From the NCBI RefSeq assembly GCF_009914755.1, contig NC_060932.1: a stretch of DNA of 64,000 bases. One strand, written 5' to 3'. Numbering within the stretch: the first letter of the stretch is position 1; every line of letters starts with the position of its first letter. Under the pieces are notes generated by a model. It made no database searches. It saw nothing but the letters and a program-made list of their open reading frames with translations, and had not been told where the DNA came from. Position numbers and translations under genes: made by a program. Shown here piece by piece: positions 57,763 to 64,000 of this stretch. This DNA is from the human T2T-CHM13v2.0 reference genome, Homo sapiens.

Positions 57763-57904
57763 GAGCTAGGCGCAGTGGCTCATGCCTGTAATCCCAGCAC
57801 TTCGAGAGGCCAAGGTGGGAGGTATTGCTTGAGCCTAGGAGTTGGAGACCAGCCTGGACAACATAGCAAGACCCCGTCTCTACAAAAATTTAAAATAGTA
57901 ACAA
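57763..57904 (+). mobile_element. FLAM_C / Alu left monomer, TSD taaaatag(g/a)ttct
   Basis: Single monomer ending gaccccgtctctacaaaaa; TSD at 57750-57762 and 57905-57917. Confidence 0.88.
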
Positions 57905-58094
57905 TAAAATAGATTCTCACTTCTGTTGCTAATTATGGCTTCCGTTGTTTTTCAAATTTGTGGTTGATAGTTTCGTTTGTTAACTCAAGTTGCCATCCAG
58001 TCTTTCAACCAAAGATCAATAAAGCCATTCATCCAGTCAACAATTATTTGTTGGAGCTCTGTAAAAATAATGAAACCAAATAGCTATCCCTTTT

Positions 58095-58298
58095 GACTGC
58101 TTACTATATGCGAAGTTATTTATATTTATTACCTCATTTTGGTTTTAAGCAACAATATGTAGAAGGTTTTATTGCCCCCACTTTACGGATGAGGAAACTG
58201 AAACTCAGAGGGATTAAGTAACTTTCTTATCTCATTTCCAGACCTGGAATTTAAACTCAGGCCTGTCTCATCACAAAACCTAACTTTTTCTGCTGTGC
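58095..58298 (-). mobile_element. MIR
   Basis: cccactttacggatgaggaaactgaaactcagagggattaagtaactt is the antisense MIR core. Confidence 0.8.
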
Positions 58299-59149
58299 CC
58301 TGGGATCACTTTTCTTTTAGTCTCTGGCTTAATGAATCAACCTTCAAGGTATTAAGGACAGAGAAATAAGAAATAGATAACTTTTTTTTTGTAAAGTATT
58401 TTGACAGCTGTCAGGATCTCACTGAATACAAATTCTTCATATCAGTATTTAGCCTTATTTTTAAAAATACTAACAAAACACAAACTTTATTTCATCAGTG
58501 CATTCCAAGAATCTTAGGGGATTTGGGGGGAAATGCTAATGTTCAGATAAGGGGGAAGAAACAGACCTTTCTAGAAATAAGGTTATTTGAGAATATTGCT
58601 TTTAAACAGAAAAGAAACAGGAATTCGTGGAAACTGAAATCACATTTCACCCAGAAGGCATATTTCTGGTTTGAAGTATTGGAACAAAAGTGAACACAAT
58701 GAGAGTTGTTCACACACAGAAGGCAACACTTAAACCCATTTGAATTTTCCCATAATTGTGTGGGATATTAAAAACATGCTTAAAGTGTTTACTACAAATT
58801 GAAAACACCATAAATTTCTATGTTTTGGAGGCACACATTTTTGGATTCATTATAATCTTTTATTTAAATTTGGATTTTAATCTGGAAAGCGAAGGACTTG
58901 GTTAAATTTTAAAAAGTTAGCCTTAGAAGAAATACTATTTGTTTTAAAAAATTCAAAATCCTGTGGGTAAAAGTAATTGAAAGGAGACATTGGCTCGAAA
59001 TTATAGAAAGGAAGAGAAAAAAAAACAAAACCCGGGGCTACTTGTGAATGTAACTAGTCCTAGGAGTATAAAGTTGAGGTTATGGGTGCAGGTATTAATT
59101 TGTAAATGTCACTGCTATTGAAAATGAGTGCGATTTTTGAATTAGCTGA

Positions 59150-59359
<210 letters not shown>

Positions 59360-59465
59360 TAGACACTAGCAGAAGACTGCGTTAAACATGTTTGACGGTG
59401 ATGCACATTACTTCGTTCTGTTTGACTTGTAATTTTTTTCATAGTTGCTTTATCAATAATGTTAA

Positions 59466-59579
<114 letters not shown>

Positions 59580-59812
59580 TAAATTAGCGTTTTAATTTAA
59601 ATTTGTTATCATGACATAAAAATAGAGAAATTCTAAACAAACTGAAATCTGCCTTTAAAGATAATCAGCCTTGAAATTATCTTTATCGAACATAATGTCT
59701 CTGGATAATCTTACTCACAGGTTCTACTGAATACCTTTGGGATTAGCAGCAGCTGAGTCCTGTCTGGCCACTCAGGGATAATAGGGGCCGGGAGGTGGTG
59801 GGTATTCTATAG

Positions 59813-60146
59813 CAGCCGTCCCCAACCTTCTTGGTACCAGGGACTGGTTTTGTGGAAGACAATTTTTCCACAGGCGGAGGGTGGGGGATGGTTTTGGGAT
59901 GAAACTGTACCACCTCAGATCATCAGGCATTAGAGTGTCATAAGGTATGGTCAACATAGATCCCCCGCATGCTCGGTTCACAGTTGGGTTCGCGCTCCTA
60001 TGAGAATGTAATGCCACGGCTGACTTGACAGGAGGTGGAGCTCAGGGTTTGTGCTCACTCGCCCGCCGCTCACCTCCTTTTGTGCGTCTGGTTCCTGTCA
60101 GGCCTTGGACCCATACTGGTCCGCAGCCTGGGATTGGGGACCCCTG
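59813..60146. mobile_element. MER1B (hAT-Charlie MITE), 8-bp TSD ttcta(t/g)ag
   Basis: cagccgtccccaacc...ttggggacccctg TIRs; TSD at 59805-59812 and 60147-60154. Confidence 0.92.
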
Positions 60147-60421
60147 TTCTAGAGTCCTTCAACTGTGAACTTCTTGACCTTCTGGGAGGCCAAGTGGCTC
60201 ATTCTTTGTCCCTGGAGCTTCACTAATCACAGACTGCAACCTGGAGCCCCGTGGAGACTGCATAGGGTAGCACTGTATTATGCACGGCAGATGGTTCTTC
60301 CTTTCTGTCAAGAGCCGTGTCTTCTGTTTTCCCATCACCGTTGATAGTGTTTTATATGAGTATAACTTTCATCACCAAAGGACATGCTTTAACTATTTTC
60401 TCATTGGATTAATGCTCCTGA

Positions 60422-60730
<309 letters not shown>

Positions 60731-60767
60731 AACTTTACCAGCCTTTCAAACAAAAAAAACTTCTGAT

Positions 60768-60898
60768 CATTCATTCATTCATTCACTTAGAAGTATTTAT
60801 TTAGTGCCTGTTATATACTCAGCAGTGTTCCAGGCTCTGGGAATACAGCAACAAACAAGACACAAAATCCCCCACCCTCATAGGCCCTACTTTTCAGT
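60768..60898 (-). mobile_element. L2 3' end
   Basis: cattcattcattcattcac...tatttatttagtgcctgtt...ggctctgggaatacagca. Confidence 0.7.
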
Positions 60899-61965
60899 GC
60901 TGTAGCCCAAGTATATCTAGTTTAAAGTGTCCTCACCTTGGTGCCCCTGGTTGGAAGATACTTAATCCTCAAGCAAACTTCTCAATATTTAGATCTTTAA
61001 TGAATATGAAAATTAACAAAATATGGTATTTACCTTTGAACCTGTTTAAAGTTAGTGGTAAACTGTCACCCATCCTCCTATCTGCTAATGCCCAAGGTCT
61101 CTGTTTTATCAAAACACAGGTTCATGCAAGACAAAGCTTTCTGTGCAGCACACTAATTTCAAACAAAATAACTCTGATCAACGTATGCACTGTTTAGTGG
61201 ACCTGGCCAACGAATGACCATTTTTAGTAATTGTCTATGAGAAGGAAATAGTTTCTCCCAGGCATTTTCAGAGGATGGTCTTAGAGCACAGCTGCATCTG
61301 ACTATGCCACTAATAAAATGCCCTCTCTCAGGCTTTCATCATTTAGCTGACAGTCAAAACAGCGGTAGTTTATAGGCAGTAAGGCTGGTTGAGAAGTGCA
61401 TGCTGGTTGGCGTGGAGGGATAATACCTTCCTTGTCCTCTTTTCAGCAGCTTGCACTGTTGACAACTCTATGCTGGTTGGAGCTCTCTTCTTTGGATTCC
61501 AGGCTCCCTCTGTCTCCTGCACTGGAGCCGCTTGAGCTATGTCAGGCTAGAGATGCATATTTGGGTGTCATTGATGTAGATACAGAAGTTGACACTTTCT
61601 GAGTTAATTGGCTATAGGTGGAAAACACAGTAAAAAAAATTAACTTTGGATTTGATTATAGTTAAAAGGATGAAATAAGCTAAAGAACAGTAAAATGTAA
61701 CAGAAGAGGGGAGTAGGATGTTAAGTCAGGGAGGGAAATGGGGATAATTTTGGTAAAGTTCTGTGTTCAAATTTAAAACTAGGCCAAAGAGAATGATAAC
61801 TGTGTTATCTACAGTTCTGCTTTGTGAATTTGTATAAAAACACGGCAGGTGTGTTAAAATGTCAATATCTATAAGCTCTGAAACTTTTCATATTCTAATT
61901 TTTGAAAAACTCAAAATTTCTTATTAAAATATACTTTGACTTATTTTTTGTAATTTCTTTCTTAG

Positions 61966-62115
<150 letters not shown>

Positions 62116-63774
62116 TAAGTTGTGTGATTTATGTGTGATTTTTTAAAAGTTATACATAGATAAGTAACACAGAAAAGATAACTAAGTAAATGCTTAGAAT
62201 TAAGCATCTCATTGCTTGGAACGCTTGAACCTCACCAGTATCACTAATACTGGTTTACAGATGATGGGAGAAGCTACATTGCTTGTGATGCTGACATACT
62301 TGTTACTTGAATCATGTAGTTTTAGTGGAAACAATGCTTGTCTTTTGCTGCCCACATTTTCCTGGTCTGGGTTGAATTGGGTTTTACTATGAGTGAAGAA
62401 AACTAGTAGAACATTTGAGAATAAGGAACTGTGTTTCTCCATGTTCGGCTATAAGAATTTCTGGTGCTATCAGATGATTAGATACCAGATACCATTTATA
62501 ATTCAACACTCATAAGAGACGCAAAAAAGACTGAAAGATAATGCATACTTGCATGTGCTTAGTAATTTGTCCATTTCTTTAAAAAATTCTATTAACTATC
62601 TACCTATGATTAGAAAAAAAGTTATGTTTATTATAGAAAATGTAGAGAATACAAATGTTTCTAAAGGGAGACTTTTTTTCTTGCAATATCACCCATAAAT
62701 AGCCATTGTTATTCCTTTGAAATTAAGTATTAACTAAAGTTTTTAAAGTATTGGTACACATATACACAATCAGGTACCCACAAAATGAGAGCATGCTCTG
62801 TATGCTACTTTTTAATAACATACCATGCATATACTTGCAAGACATGGGCTTTTCTTGTGCAAATCATTTCCATCAATGGTTTAGTATTTCCTTATCATAT
62901 TTACCTTGAATTGTTTAACCACTTAATTAATTGAGATAATTTGTACAAACTATTTAGCATAATATATCAAAATTATTGTTTAAATTTTACTTGTATCATT
63001 TGTCAATCATGATAAGCAACTTCATTAGTTTTAAAGCAAATGAAATTTAGCACTTCAAAAATAAGATTTTTTAAATTTTAACTACCTATTAAAAGTACAT
63101 GCAGTATTCTTCCCTGCCTTAAATATATTTTAATATGTAAAAATACATATTTATATGTAATATGTTTATATGTTATATATATTCAGGAATAGCTGGATGT
63201 ACTTCTGCAGTGTTAAGTATCTTAAGAGTCAAAGTGCAGTGCAGTGGGCTGGGTTCTCCCTAGTGAGTCTCTTCAAGGCAGTGCGAATTCATTAAATTAG
63301 ATGCTTTAGCTTCTACCAATAGTTTACCAAGAGGTCTGAAAGAGTGAGCCTGACACTCACTTTTTACTAATGTAGGAAGACGGGGCTAGAGGGCAGGAAA
63401 GAAGCACAGCAATGTCTTCCCTCTAAACCTAATTATGGTCTGTTCCTCTCCCTTTATTCAACTCTGTCTAGGAGAAGACTGTCCTGCTTGCCCACCTCCT
63501 GACACTTTGAGGGCATTTAAAAGGAAGAAGACAGACTGGAAAGGAATAAGGGAGTAGTATTGAAAGCAATCATTACGTCCTCCCTAGGGCCCCCTGATTT
63601 AACCCTACAAATACTGATCTACTGATCAGAGACATTCCAACTGTTAGAGACTTTGAGGTCATCAACTTCAAAACTGAATAAATAGGAGCAAATCCTCAGT
63701 CATAGACTTAGTTGCTAGATGAGCAGAATAGCAATCTGTGTCTTCTGACTCTTCTTAGTGTTCGTTGCGCTGTG

Positions 63775-63965
63775 TCTAGAACTCTAGATTACAGGTTCAA
63801 GCCTCTCTTCCACTACTTGCTAGCTAAGTGTATAACTTCACGTCCTCATCCATAAAATGGGGATAAGAGTACCTGTGCCATGGAACTGCAAAGAATGTTG
63901 AATAAAACTAGGTTTGTAAAGAACTTAGTGAAGTATCCAGTACATAGTAAGTACCCAGTGATGTT
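63775..63965 (+). mobile_element. MIR
   Basis: ccactacttgctagct...cctcatccataaaatggggataagagtacct...tacatagtaagtac. Confidence 0.75.
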
Positions 63966-64000
63966 ATATATGATGCTGTTGTCTTCTCATTTTATTATGT

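Overview
AT-rich primate genomic DNA lying entirely inside one + strand multi-exon gene, which I recognise as PREX2 (PIP3/Gbetagamma-dependent Rac exchanger 2). A human-specific AluYb8 indicates the sequence is human. I resolved 15 consecutive GT-AG coding exons between 461 and 62114. They total 1691 nt and splice into one uninterrupted frame covering the C-terminal DH domain, PH, DEP1, DEP2 and PDZ1. By my recollection of the gene these are exons 4-18, about aa 113-676; that numbering is not verifiable from the window. Introns carry ordinary mammalian repeats: L1M, L2, MIR, Alu, MaLR LTRs, MER1B, MER6-like, MER63-like and MADE1. Almost all ORFs in the supplied track are repeat-derived or chance ORFs. 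I found no new gene or novel biological system. The best second-look items are: (1) a near-perfect AluYb8 with a 16-bp TSD in the short intron before the 50-nt exon, probably a polymorphic insertion, which also creates an inverted-Alu pair around two exons that can be skipped in frame; (2) a templated insertion with microhomology at both junctions; (3) a 65-bp direct duplication bracketing the first exon; (4) a MaLR LTR with a doubled 3' end; (5) an intron at the same position and phase in both DEP repeats. Boundaries of old repeats are approximate and subfamily names come from recalled consensus sequences.
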